Of a DNA stretch of 64,000 nt, positions 55,606-64,000 are shown one piece after another. Source of the stretch: an uncultured bacterium (lineage in GTDB: Bacteria > Patescibacteriota > Minisyncoccia > Phycocordibacterales > DATDWN01); assembly GCA_963727715.1 (NCBI GenBank), contig CAVSGX010000004.1, positions 8,455 to 72,454 on the forward strand, in the 5' to 3' direction. The notes beneath the pieces were generated by a model, which was not told the DNA's origin, made no database searches, and was given only the letters and a program-made list of their open reading frames with translations. The translations under genes were made by a program, and so were the position numbers. How positions within the stretch are numbered: the first letter of the stretch is position 1; every line of letters begins with the position of its first letter.

Positions 55606-56425
55606 GGATCTCCCAGGGTCATTTATATTTCTGTTCCAAACATCCGAATCGAGATTTTCGATAAGATTTATCGTGTGCTTCCTTCTGACTCACCGCAGAA
55701 GTCGCACATCTCTTTTTTTTGATTCGGCTGCTCTTTGCTACTAGGATCCTTCAGTCCAGTCATTGCTGATTGTGGACCTACCCGTTCGCTATTTTCACAC
55801 TCCTGTGAAAAGTTGGATTTGAACCAACTAGATATATAAACTGCCTGGCGCATTTTATTCTGAGTACAAGACTTGAGAACGTATTCACCGCGGTATGTCT
55901 GACCCGCGATTACTAGCAATTCCAACTTCATGGGGTCGAGTTTCAGCCCCCAATCTGAACTGGGGCGACTTTTCTAAGGATTGGCTCAGGGTTACCCCGT
56001 CGCAACCTGTTGTAGTCGCCATTGTATTATGTGTGTAGCCCAAGGTATCAAAGGGACATGCTGATCTGGCGTCATCCTCGCCTTCCTCCCAGCTCCAGTT
56101 GCGCAAGATGAACGAACTCGGTTAAGACCGAATACGGACATCGATGTTTGCACAGAGAGACATCTACTTATGATGTTCTTGTGCAACTGGAGCTGGGCAG
56201 TCTCGCCTGATACTTATAACAGACAACGAGGGTTGCGTTCGTTACCCCACTTAAGGGAACAATTCAAATCACGAACTGACGACGACCATGCATCACCTGC
56301 CTAACTGTCCTTGTGGGACCGCAAACGTTTCTGCTTGCATTCAGTTAGGTTTCAAACCTTGGTAAGATTCTTCGTTTATCATCGAATTAAACCACATAAT
56401 CCACTGCTTGTGCAAGTCCCCGTCT

Positions 56426-56457
<32 letters not shown>

Positions 56458-56641
56458 ACCCAGGCGCTTGACTTAACGCGTTAGCTACGCCACGCAGAGG
56501 GTCGATACTCCGCATAGCTAGTCAAGATCGTTTAGGGCGTGGACTACTGGGGTCTTAATGTTACTTCAAAATTTTGGGAAATTTTGAGGCACAACATTTC
56601 TGTTGTACTCTGCATGTTGCCATGCAGTTCGGACTATATCT

Positions 56642-57403
56642 TTATCTGTATGTATTCCACTTAGCTTTTTTCTTTTCATATTCTGCTATTATGACAGATT
56701 CTGAAAAATTACTAAGAGAAACCATTTCAGATATCCAGCGTTCTTGAAATTGAGAGTTTTTATATAGAAGAATTGCTTTGGATAACATGCTCGATACTGG
56801 TATGTATGGCAGTATGATACGCAAGAATTTTTTTAATTCTTCTTGTGACCTAATCCATAACCGCCAGTATTGTTCTTGCTTCCCATCTTGCTTACGCCCG
56901 ACGGGGGCAACAATGGCACGAACATCCCAAACAACTTTAAGATAGCGAGCTAGCATTTCGACTGATTGTTTTGAAAAACCATCAGTACAAAACACACCTT
57001 TTCTGGCGCCGTAACCAATAAGCGAACCGTCATCACACCACCAAACGGCGAGTGATAACGCTGTCATTTGATTAAGCCACCTACGCTCTATAAGCAATTT
57101 ATTTTGTTTGTGAGTTAAATGATGAAGTTCTGTAAGAGATGAAGTTCGCCTACTGGCAAATCTCCATTTTTTGTTCTTACTGTATCCATCAGGTTCCTGC
57201 ACAAACACACTGCTATCTCCTGCTATCTCTTTGAGAGCTTGCGCTTTCCATAAGAGATAATCTTTCTGCATTTCCGAATGACGAATTTGTAAATTCGCAT
57301 TGAAATAATTTTTTTGGATTTTTAGCGAGCCGTCTCCAAGGATTGAACCGAAGATAATAGCTTTCGCTTCATCCGACAAAGGCACATATTTCGTATCATG
57401 CAT
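56642..57403 (-). CDS. LAGLIDADG-family homing endonuclease (double-motif) encoded within 16S intron 1
   Basis: IIFGSILGDGSL and LAVWWCDDGSL are two LAGLIDADG motifs; 253 aa. Confidence 0.85.
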   Translation of the reverse strand: MHDTKYVPLSDEAKAIIFGSILGDGSLKIQKNYFNANLQIRHSEMQKDYLLWKAQALKEIAGDSSVFVQEPDGYSKNKKWRFASRRTSSLTELHHLTHKQNKLLIERRWLNQMTALSLAVWWCDDGSLIGYGARKGVFCTDGFSKQSVEMLARYLKVVWDVRAIVAPVGRKQDGKQEQYWRLWIRSQEELKKFLRIILPYIPVSSMLSKAILLYKNSQFQERWISEMVSLSNFSESVIIAEYEKKKAKWNTYR

Positions 57404-57480
57404 ATAATTTTAAGTTAATTGCACGACGACAGAATAGCACCAACTATCTTACTCAATTTCATAGTCTCTACGGGGTTTCT

Positions 57481-57702
57481 AGCACTAATTTTTGGAGTCA
57501 AGCTTTGACTTGACAAGATTCATTTTATGATTTAACATCAATTCCAGGAGATTAACTCGATGGAATTTATTATGATATTGATCTGTTTAGGAGTTTTTTG
57601 TTTGATCACAGATATGATGATAACTGTTGCTATTGATATCTGTGAATGGATCGATCATTACCTGCACCGGCTTTTATAGCGGTGCAGTTTTCTTTTTCCA
57701 AA
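57481..57702 (+). mobile_element. Second copy of the TIR cassette (same AGCACTAATTTTTGGAGTCAAG terminal repeat), inside 16S intron 1 and antisense to the rRNA
   Basis: TTGACA (57510) -N17- TAACAT, AGGAG (57546), ATG 57560, terminator ctgcaccgg-cttttatag-ccggtgcag followed by a T-run; the interior differs from copy 1. Confidence 0.6.
57560..57679 (+). CDS. Small hydrophobic peptide (39 aa) MEFIMILICLGVFCLITDMMITVAIDICEWIDHYLHRLL
   Basis: RBS AGGAG 10 nt upstream; one TM helix plus a short polar tail; same cassette architecture as 55427..55534. Confidence 0.5.
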   Translation: MEFIMILICLGVFCLITDMMITVAIDICEWIDHYLHRLL

Positions 57703-58832
57703 AATTAGTGCTAGAAACTTCCCTCGGGGTTGTCCATACGAAATCAGTAAATTTCATATTGTATGGAGTTTCCCCGATATAGCTAGATTACAATTCTATG
57801 TCACCATAGAAAAGAGACACCTTCGTCCTATATTTTATTAGCGGGACTGGATTATCTAATCCCATTCGCTACCCACGCTTTCGTGTTTCAGTGTCAGGAG
57901 TGGCCCAATGTGCTGCCTTCGCTTTCGGTGTTCCCCATGATATCAACGGATTTCACCCCTACTCCATGAGTTCCACACATCCCTGCCATCCTCTAGTCGT
58001 GCCGTTTCGCTCGCACTTCCGGGGTTAAGCCCCGGGTTTTAACAAGCGACTAACACAACCACCTACACACCCTTTACGCCCAATAATTCCGGATAACGCT
58101 CGGGGCACTCGTATTACCGCTGCTGCTGGCACGAGTTTAGCAACCCCTTATTCTTGAGGTACTATCAATAAACTTTCTCCCTCACAAAAGATGTTTACGA
58201 CCCAGAGGGTCTTCATCCATCACGCGGCGTCGCTCGATCAGGCTTTCGCCCATTGTCGAATATTCTCGGCTGCTGCCACCCGTAGGTGTATGGACCGTCT
58301 CTCAGTTCCATCGGTGGGGGCCAAGCTCTCACTCCCCCTACGCGTCATAGCCTTGGTAGGCCGTTACCCTACCAACTAGCTGATACGACGCAGACTTTTC
58401 CTTTAGCGATAAATCTTTCCTCCGAAGAGAATATCAAGTATTACCTAATCTTTCGACTAGCTATTCCTGACTAAAGGGTAAATCTCTGCGCATTATTACC
58501 TCGTTCGCCACTGTCCTTGCGGACCGTTTGACTTGCATGCCTTATCCACGCCGCCAGCGTTCATCCTGAGCTAGGATCAAACTCTTAATAAAGATTTATT
58601 AAGATCTATCTTTTAAGAACGGAACAAAATAAAGGAAAATACTTTTGGTATCGCGATTATTTTATTTTTCTTTGATGAACACTGATTGTGTTTTTGGTTG
58701 ATTGTTATTGATGTTGTGAATTTTGCTGAATTCACTTTCCGGAATTATTTTAAAAGAATATTTTGCATCCGACTGTTTTTGACAAAACAGCCGAACTGTA
58801 AAACTTGCACGTTTTACATTCTCTAAATAAAG

Positions 58833-58876
58833 CCGACGTTTTCAGTCGGCTCCCCGACCTAATGCGTCGGGGTTCA
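58833..58876. repeat. Copy of the double-hairpin motif (AGCCGACGcTTnGGTCGGCTCCCCGACC...GCGTCGGGG) in the 16S 5' leader
   Basis: Shares the exact 15-mer gtcggctccccgacc with 48684..48735 and 54826..54870; lies upstream of the 16S 5' end and together with the 54826..54870 copy brackets the 16S gene. Confidence 0.6.
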
Positions 58877-58971
58877 TTTTGATTGTCAACGAACTATCCA
58901 GTAAAGAAAATGCCTTTTGAGGCACCTAGATAGTATAGCCACGCCAAAGAAAAAGTCAAGTCAATCAGCGG

Positions 58972-59307
58972 TCAATTTTGCAAAAAAGAAACCTGGGAGG
59001 ATGACCCAGGTTTTGTTTGCCTTTTCCCTTGTTCTTTCAGCAAAGGCTTAATCTTTTTAGGAACTTCTTTTATTTTATTTTTTGCTTTTCTTACATCTTT
59101 TATATCTCCTTTATTCTGCAAACAACCAGAATAAAAATAAAAGAGATTGTCTTCAATGAGCAACGTCTGAGAAATTATTCCATCAAAATTTCCTTTGGCC
59201 ATGGCCTTTTCAAGATCAGCGATCGACTGTTTCAAATTGTGATTGCTTTGACAAAAACAAAAAATAGAAAAGGCAAAAAACAGAACAATGAGTTTTGTTA
59301 GCTTCAT
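58972..59307 (-). CDS. Small secreted/lipoprotein-like protein (111 aa) with N-terminal signal peptide
   Basis: MKLTKLIVLFFAFSIFCFCQS signal peptide; Lys-rich mature part. Confidence 0.45.
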   Translation of the reverse strand: MKLTKLIVLFFAFSIFCFCQSNHNLKQSIADLEKAMAKGNFDGIISQTLLIEDNLFYFYSGCLQNKGDIKDVRKAKNKIKEVPKKIKPLLKEQGKRQTKPGSSSQVSFLQN

Positions 59308-59364
59308 CGTTCGATCTCCACCAATAATATTACACCAAAACAGATTTTTGTAAAGTTGAGAAAA

Positions 59365-60267
59365 TTACTTCTTTTGCAATTTTTCCAATGTCACTAGAAG
59401 TGGCGAGGCAATGAAAATTGACGAGTATGTGCCGGCGATGATGCCGATGATGAGGGTCAGAGCGAAATCGCGAGTGGTTTGTCCGCCGATGAGGTACAAC
59501 GCCAGAAGAGCCAGAAAAATTGTCAGAGATGTGTTGATGGAACGACCAAATGTTTCGGAAACGGATTTGCCGACAGTTTCGGTGAATGTCTCTTTGGTTT
59601 TTGTTGTTTGATTGACGCGCAGATGTTCGCGGACACGATCAAAAACGACGATGGTGTCGTGAACCGAATAACCGAGAATGGCCAGAAGTGCCGTGACAAA
59701 AAGCAAGTCAATTTCTCCACCGTGAAAATGGGTGTAAGCCACATAAAATCCAGCCGGCAAGAGCACGTCGTGAGCCAAGGCGACGATAGTGGCAAAACCG
59801 TATTTCCACGATGAGACCGGGTAGGAAACCTTGCGGAAAGCAAAAGTGATGAACAGAACGATACAGATGATGACCATCAAAATGGCGTACATGGCTTTGC
59901 TTTTCATTTCATTGCCGACAGACGGGCCTATTGTGTTGGAGAGTTGTTCTACAGCAGGATTGTTTTGATCAACAGTGAAAGCCGAAAGAACCGCGGTGTT
60001 TTCAGGTTGCGACAGCTCGCGCGATTTTAAAATAAAACTATCCGCGCCGGATGGTGTTAAAACATATTCACCGAGATTTAATTTATCCAAATTAGCTTTG
60101 ACGGGAGCCAGTTCTGGTCGTGCCGACTGATAGTTAACTTCAGTGATTGATCCTCCTTTGAAATCAATGCCAAGATTAAAACCGAAAGCGAAAAAAGAAC
60201 AAATCGCGGCCAGAACCAGAATAGCTGACAAAGTGAAAAATATTTTTCTGTGGTTTACGATAAACAT
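59365..60267 (-). CDS. secF: Protein translocase subunit SecF
   Basis: 300 aa; LGIDFKGGS motif and six TM helices. Confidence 0.85.
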   Translation of the reverse strand: MFIVNHRKIFFTLSAILVLAAICSFFAFGFNLGIDFKGGSITEVNYQSARPELAPVKANLDKLNLGEYVLTPSGADSFILKSRELSQPENTAVLSAFTVDQNNPAVEQLSNTIGPSVGNEMKSKAMYAILMVIICIVLFITFAFRKVSYPVSSWKYGFATIVALAHDVLLPAGFYVAYTHFHGGEIDLLFVTALLAILGYSVHDTIVVFDRVREHLRVNQTTKTKETFTETVGKSVSETFGRSINTSLTIFLALLALYLIGGQTTRDFALTLIIGIIAGTYSSIFIASPLLVTLEKLQKK

Positions 60268-60275
60268 AAAGGTTT

Positions 60276-61619
60276 TTAAAAATGAAGACCGTTGCTAAAA
60301 AGAAATTTCTTAAATCGACTTTGGGTTTTCGGCGCGATGGCGAAAAGGAATGTGCGCGAAACAGAAATAGCGGTGAACATTGAGACGAGCACACCAAGAC
60401 CGAGTGTCAGAGCGAAACCTTTGATGGCGCTTGTGCCGAGCCAGAAAAGAACGACAGCCGTGATGATTGAGGAAATGTTCGAGTCGCGGATGGAAAGCCA
60501 GGCTCGAGTGAATCCTTCGTGCAAAGCTTCGTAAATGGTTTTACCTCTTTTCAATTCTTCTTTCATTCTTTCAAAAATCAAAATGTTGGCGTCCACAGCC
60601 ATACCGATGGACAGAATAAACCCGGCGATGCCGGCCGCGGAAAGCGTCACCGGAATCAATTTGAAAACAGAGAGAGACAAAACAATGTACATTGAAAGTG
60701 AAATGGAAGCCAAAAGTCCCGGCAAGCGATACCAAAGGATTAGGAAAATAACGATGAGCAGAAAGCCGATAGCCCCGGCTTTAACACCTTGCGTCTTGGC
60801 ATCCTGGCCGAGCGACGCGCCGATGGTTTGGTTTGAAACCAGAGTGATCGGTACAGGCAGAGCGCCGTAATTTAGATTTTGCACCAGCGATTTGGCATCT
60901 GCGGCAGTAAATTTACCGGAAATGACCGCCTGTCCATTTGTAATGGCATCTTGAATGACCGGGGCGGAAATAATTTGACCATCCAGTACAATGGCTAAAA
61001 TTTCACCTTTGTGCTGCGTGGTGATTTTAGAAAATAGAGTGGTGCCTTGATCATTGAAATTTAGAGCGACAAGCGGTTGGCCGGCAATCTGCCCACTACC
61101 GGTAGTGGTAAACTGCAAAGAAGCGTTGCTCAAATATTGCCCAGTCAACCCGGTTGATTCATAGACTTGATCAAGTGTCGCTGTCTTGAGTTGATCGGCT
61201 GTAAAGTTTTTGGCCTCTGGCCGTTGTAACATAAATTCAAGTTGCGGAGTTTGGCCGATCATGGCGATGGCCTGATCGATTCTTGTCACGCCCGGCAAGT
61301 CCACGATCAAACGATAATCTTTTTGTCCGGAAACCAATCCAGCTTCTTCTGTTTGCACCACCGGCTCCGAGACGCCAAAAATGTTTACTCGTCTTTCAAT
61401 GACAGAGCGTAGAGAATCCATAGCTGCCGAAATATCTCCGCCAATAACTTTGGAAACATCGGCACGGTATGTCAGCTCGGTTCCACCGTTTAGGTCCAGA
61501 CCAAGCTTGAATGCATATTGCTGAAAATGTCCGCCGACTTTTTGCGATTGGTAAACAAAGTAGCCGAGAAAGACAAGGACAACTAGTAAAAGCAGTGACA
61601 GAAATCTATGTTTGGTCAT
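60276..61619 (-). CDS. secD: Protein translocase subunit SecD
   Basis: 447 aa; LGLDLNGGT motif, large periplasmic domain, C-terminal TM bundle; directly upstream of secF. Confidence 0.85.
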   Translation of the reverse strand: MTKHRFLSLLLLVVLVFLGYFVYQSQKVGGHFQQYAFKLGLDLNGGTELTYRADVSKVIGGDISAAMDSLRSVIERRVNIFGVSEPVVQTEEAGLVSGQKDYRLIVDLPGVTRIDQAIAMIGQTPQLEFMLQRPEAKNFTADQLKTATLDQVYESTGLTGQYLSNASLQFTTTGSGQIAGQPLVALNFNDQGTTLFSKITTQHKGEILAIVLDGQIISAPVIQDAITNGQAVISGKFTAADAKSLVQNLNYGALPVPITLVSNQTIGASLGQDAKTQGVKAGAIGFLLIVIFLILWYRLPGLLASISLSMYIVLSLSVFKLIPVTLSAAGIAGFILSIGMAVDANILIFERMKEELKRGKTIYEALHEGFTRAWLSIRDSNISSIITAVVLFWLGTSAIKGFALTLGLGVLVSMFTAISVSRTFLFAIAPKTQSRFKKFLFSNGLHF

Positions 61620-61685
61620 ATGGCGTATAGTATAGCGATTTCGGAAGAAAAGACAAGTGAAGATTTCGAGGGCACAAATCCGACT

Positions 61686-61842
61686 GGCATAATAAATTTT
61701 TGGAGATGTAAACTTTTCCAGCGAAAAGTTTACTCGGTCCTCGGCTCGGATTTGTCAAGAGCCTTCGCTTTGCTCAGGTCATTGACAAAACCAGCTCCTC
61801 GCCTGCGTATGCTCCAAAAATTTATTATGCCAGTCGGATTTG
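61686..61842. repeat. Structured MITE-like element: 23-bp perfect terminal inverted repeats (ACTGGCATAATAAATTTTTGGAG) enclosing about 110 bp with internal hairpins
   Basis: actggcataataaatttttggag (61686-) pairs with ctccaaaaatttattatgccagt (-61842); internal gtaaactttt-ccagcg-aaaagtttac. Confidence 0.55.
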
Positions 61843-61928
61843 TTCAGTGATGATTTCCCACTTTGCTTTTCTTCCAAAATCTAGTGGGAATGGAAAAAAG
61901 AAAAGCGCCGGTTGCCCGGACACTTTAT

Positions 61929-62231
61929 TTACTGTTGATGATGCCTATTGTGAGACCATTCCCAAACCGCCATGGTGGCGGGCAAGACAGAGAGTGGACC
62001 CAAAAGAAATGAGAGCAGGAGTGATGTTATTTTATAATCCATCATCCAATACTCTCTACCTGTTGGGTAGTTTCCCGCTTTCCTGTCAGCAAAAAACATA
62101 ATACCCCAACTCAACAGAGCCAAAGAAAACAAAACAGAGAGCTTTGTAAAAACATACTTATGATTAATACCAAACACAAACATGTAATTCAAAAACCCTA
62201 AATAGAACCAAAGGATTGCCTTTGTGAGCAT
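61929..62231 (-). CDS. Small membrane protein (100 aa, three TM helices); gene call tentative
   Basis: Hydrophobic ORF; the alternative plus-strand ORF 61847..62101 looks non-protein-like. Confidence 0.3.
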   Translation of the reverse strand: MLTKAILWFYLGFLNYMFVFGINHKYVFTKLSVLFSLALLSWGIMFFADRKAGNYPTGREYWMMDYKITSLLLSFLLGPLSVLPATMAVWEWSHNRHHQQ

Positions 62232-62272
62232 AGAGTCTCCGTTTTATAGGTTATCATTAAAACAAAATTTTG

Positions 62273-63622
62273 TCAAACTCCCCTTCTTGAAACAAGTTCA
62301 CGAATGGTTTTCAAAGCGATTTTGATATCCAACCAGAATGAGCGATTTTTGATGTAGAAAAGATCGTAGGAAAGTTTGGTTTTGGTTTGAATATAATCGG
62401 TGGCAAATTTCGGCGGAGTTTTTTGATAGAGTTGAGCCCAACCGGAAAGCCCCGGCTTGATCAAATGACGAACATTGTAGAAACTGATTTCTTTTTCGTA
62501 GAGTTCCACTAGCTTCGGCAATTCCGGACGCGGGCCGATAAGTGAAATGTCCCCGCGCAAAACGTTCCAGAGTTGGGGCAGTTCATCAATACGCGAGGCG
62601 CGCAGAAATTTCCCAACATGAGTGATTTTTTGCTCCCTGCCGACGCGTCCGTCTCCGGAGTCATCCACGGACATTGTGCGAAATTTTAAAATGCTCACGG
62701 TGTGGTTGTTCTGGCCGACTCGCTCTTGGCGAATGAAAATTTTCCCACCATCATCAAGTTTTATGAGGAACCAAACAAACAGATACAAAACAAGAGAGAT
62801 GACGCCAAGGAAAAAAGAAATAACAACATCCATAATTCTTTTCAAAAAATCGTAAGTAAACTTCGGCGAGACGGAAATATTTTCCAGAAACCAACTGTAT
62901 GTGACGAGTGAAAGTGGGATGCGGTCAAAAATATCTTCGTAGATGCGATGCGAATCAATAAAGCTCACTTTAGAAAAAATCAGATTATAAAGATGGGGCA
63001 AAAGCGGACCGACCCCGCGGTGAGAAAAATCCACCGCCACTATTTTTATGTTGTTCTCGTAAATCGGAGTGATGACTTCGTTTTGGATATCAATGCCGGA
63101 AATATCCGAAACATCCAAAGAAGAAATAAAATTTATGCCATAGCGACTGTTGCCGTTAACTTCTTCCAGAAGTTCTTTCATTTCCTCGCCAGAACCGATG
63201 AGAAGAGCCGGCTCGCGTGTTCTGACGCCCAGAAGTCCGACGCCGTACGTCCTCCACAAGACGCTCAAAACAAAAGAAATAATGAGGTAGATGAAAAGAA
63301 TTGTCTTCGGGGTGATGCCGAAAAACGGAATGATGTAGAAAAAGACAATGGCAAAAATACTGTTGACCACTTGAGCACTCCAAATGATACTCGGCAACTT
63401 GCCTTTCAGAATTAAAGTGTGTTTTTCATAAAGACCGGCGATAAAATAAATCAAAAACCAGATGACAAAAAGAAAAGAGAAAGGCACGAGGTGCGTTTGA
63501 AACCTTTGCCAAGACGGCACTTCGCCAAAACGAATATAAAGGGAAAGCCAAAGAGAAAAGGCAAAGAAAAAGATGTCGCCTAAAAATAGAATTATGGCTT
63601 CTTTTTTACCGAGGCTTTTCAT
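62273..63622 (-). CDS. Polyprenyl-phosphate sugar phosphotransferase (bacterial sugar transferase, WbaP/EpsL-like initiating enzyme)
   Basis: N-terminal TM bundle plus C-terminal ..DLFYIKNRSFWLDIKI.., ..ISLIGPRPELP.., ..PGLSGWAQ.. conserved blocks. Confidence 0.85.
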   Translation of the reverse strand: MKSLGKKEAIILFLGDIFFFAFSLWLSLYIRFGEVPSWQRFQTHLVPFSFLFVIWFLIYFIAGLYEKHTLILKGKLPSIIWSAQVVNSIFAIVFFYIIPFFGITPKTILFIYLIISFVLSVLWRTYGVGLLGVRTREPALLIGSGEEMKELLEEVNGNSRYGINFISSLDVSDISGIDIQNEVITPIYENNIKIVAVDFSHRGVGPLLPHLYNLIFSKVSFIDSHRIYEDIFDRIPLSLVTYSWFLENISVSPKFTYDFLKRIMDVVISFFLGVISLVLYLFVWFLIKLDDGGKIFIRQERVGQNNHTVSILKFRTMSVDDSGDGRVGREQKITHVGKFLRASRIDELPQLWNVLRGDISLIGPRPELPKLVELYEKEISFYNVRHLIKPGLSGWAQLYQKTPPKFATDYIQTKTKLSYDLFYIKNRSFWLDIKIALKTIRELVSRRGV

Positions 63623-63659
63623 AGATTATTGACGTATTTTATGCTAAAATCCTGAAATA

Positions 63660-64000
63660 TGCAAGGGAACGAACAAAAAATCAAGCCAAGAATAAAAGTG
63701 ATGTTCTGTATCACAAAAGGCAAACCGTTTGGCGGCGCTCAAAAATATGTATTCGATTTGGCGGTGAATCTGCCGAAAAATAATTTTGATGTTTCGGTCG
63801 TTCACGGTTTTGGCGATATTTTGGCTACAAAACTTTCGGAATATTCCGTGCCGACTTTTTATATCAAAGATATGGGCCGGGACATAAATTTTTTGAAAGA
63901 TATAAAATCTTTTTTTGATCTACTTTTGATTTTCAGAAAAAATAAACCGGATATCGTTCATCTGAACAGTTCAAAAATCGGTGGCATCGGAGCTTTGGCC
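63660..64000 (+). CDS. Glycosyltransferase family 4, N-terminal part (runs off the window)
   Basis: KVMFCITKGKPFGGAQKYVFDLAVNL... is typical of the GT4 N-domain; no stop before the window end. Confidence 0.55.

Larger units (their letters stand above)
55166..55863 (-). other. 16S rRNA intron 2 (about 0.7 kb, inserted after CTTGTAC at E. coli position about 1391), no endonuclease ORF
   Basis: CTTGTAC and CCGCCCGTCAAGTC are separated by about 700 bp of non-rRNA sequence; boundaries approximate. Confidence 0.6.
56553..57852 (-). other. 16S rRNA intron 1 (about 1.3 kb, inserted after GGATTAGATA at E. coli position about 790), probable group I intron carrying a homing-endonuclease ORF
   Basis: Exon junction deduced from conserved 16S sequence on both sides (..GGGATTAGATA | intron | CCCCAGTAGTCCACGCCCTAAACGAT..). 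Confidence 0.7.

Noticed and set aside
55668-56186. ORFs 55668..55931, 55885..56106, 55992..56186 (minus) and 58191..58474 (plus)
   Set aside because: They lie inside conserved 16S rRNA exons and are spurious.
61847-62101. Plus-strand 84-aa ORF overlapping the small membrane protein gene
   Set aside because: Non-protein-like composition; the opposite-strand ORF encodes clear TM helices, though that call is itself low confidence.

Overview
This is a low-GC (about 35-40%) segment that looks like a small-genome Candidate Phyla Radiation / Patescibacteria-type bacterium; most genes are on the minus strand. Order of content: (i) 1-2655, the 5' part of a very large repeat-rich surface protein gene whose N-terminus is an HTH domain followed by a TM helix, plus a divergent small MerR-type HTH gene; (ii) housekeeping genes gatB, obg, a DsbB/BdbC-like plus DsbA-like (CPHC) pair, and secA; (iii) a roughly 23-kb surface-glycan biosynthesis cluster (13.9-36.6 kb) with an O-antigen-ligase-like/TPR protein, a flippase, Gmd plus a DegT aminotransferase (GDP-perosamine-type pathway), a GT11 fucosyltransferase, several GT2/GT4 enzymes, four SAM methyltransferases, GtrA and GT39-like membrane transferases; (iv) a complete diversity-generating retroelement (DGR, 38.5-45.5 kb). 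It has a reverse transcriptase that is split by a 38-bp frameshifting tandem duplication, a divergently oriented Avd, a 97-bp template repeat, and three variable repeats at the 3' ends of three paralogous target genes. The largest target is an AAA_5/MoxR-type ATPase fused to the variable C-terminal domain and sits next to an HExxH-metallopeptidase/VWA partner. An AbiEii-type nucleotidyltransferase toxin gene lies between two recently duplicated targets; (v) a roughly 1-kb high-GC (about 60%) foreign gene island; pyk; an IS30-family insertion sequence; (vi) tRNA-Ile(GAT) and a 16S rRNA gene on the minus strand that carries two large introns. One intron encodes a LAGLIDADG homing endonuclease, and each intron hosts a small TIR-bounded cassette that encodes a promoter/RBS/terminator-equipped 35-39 aa hydrophobic peptide on the strand antisense to the rRNA; (vii) secDF, a TIR-bounded MITE-like structured element, and a polyprenyl-phosphate sugar transferase. 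No CRISPR array was seen.
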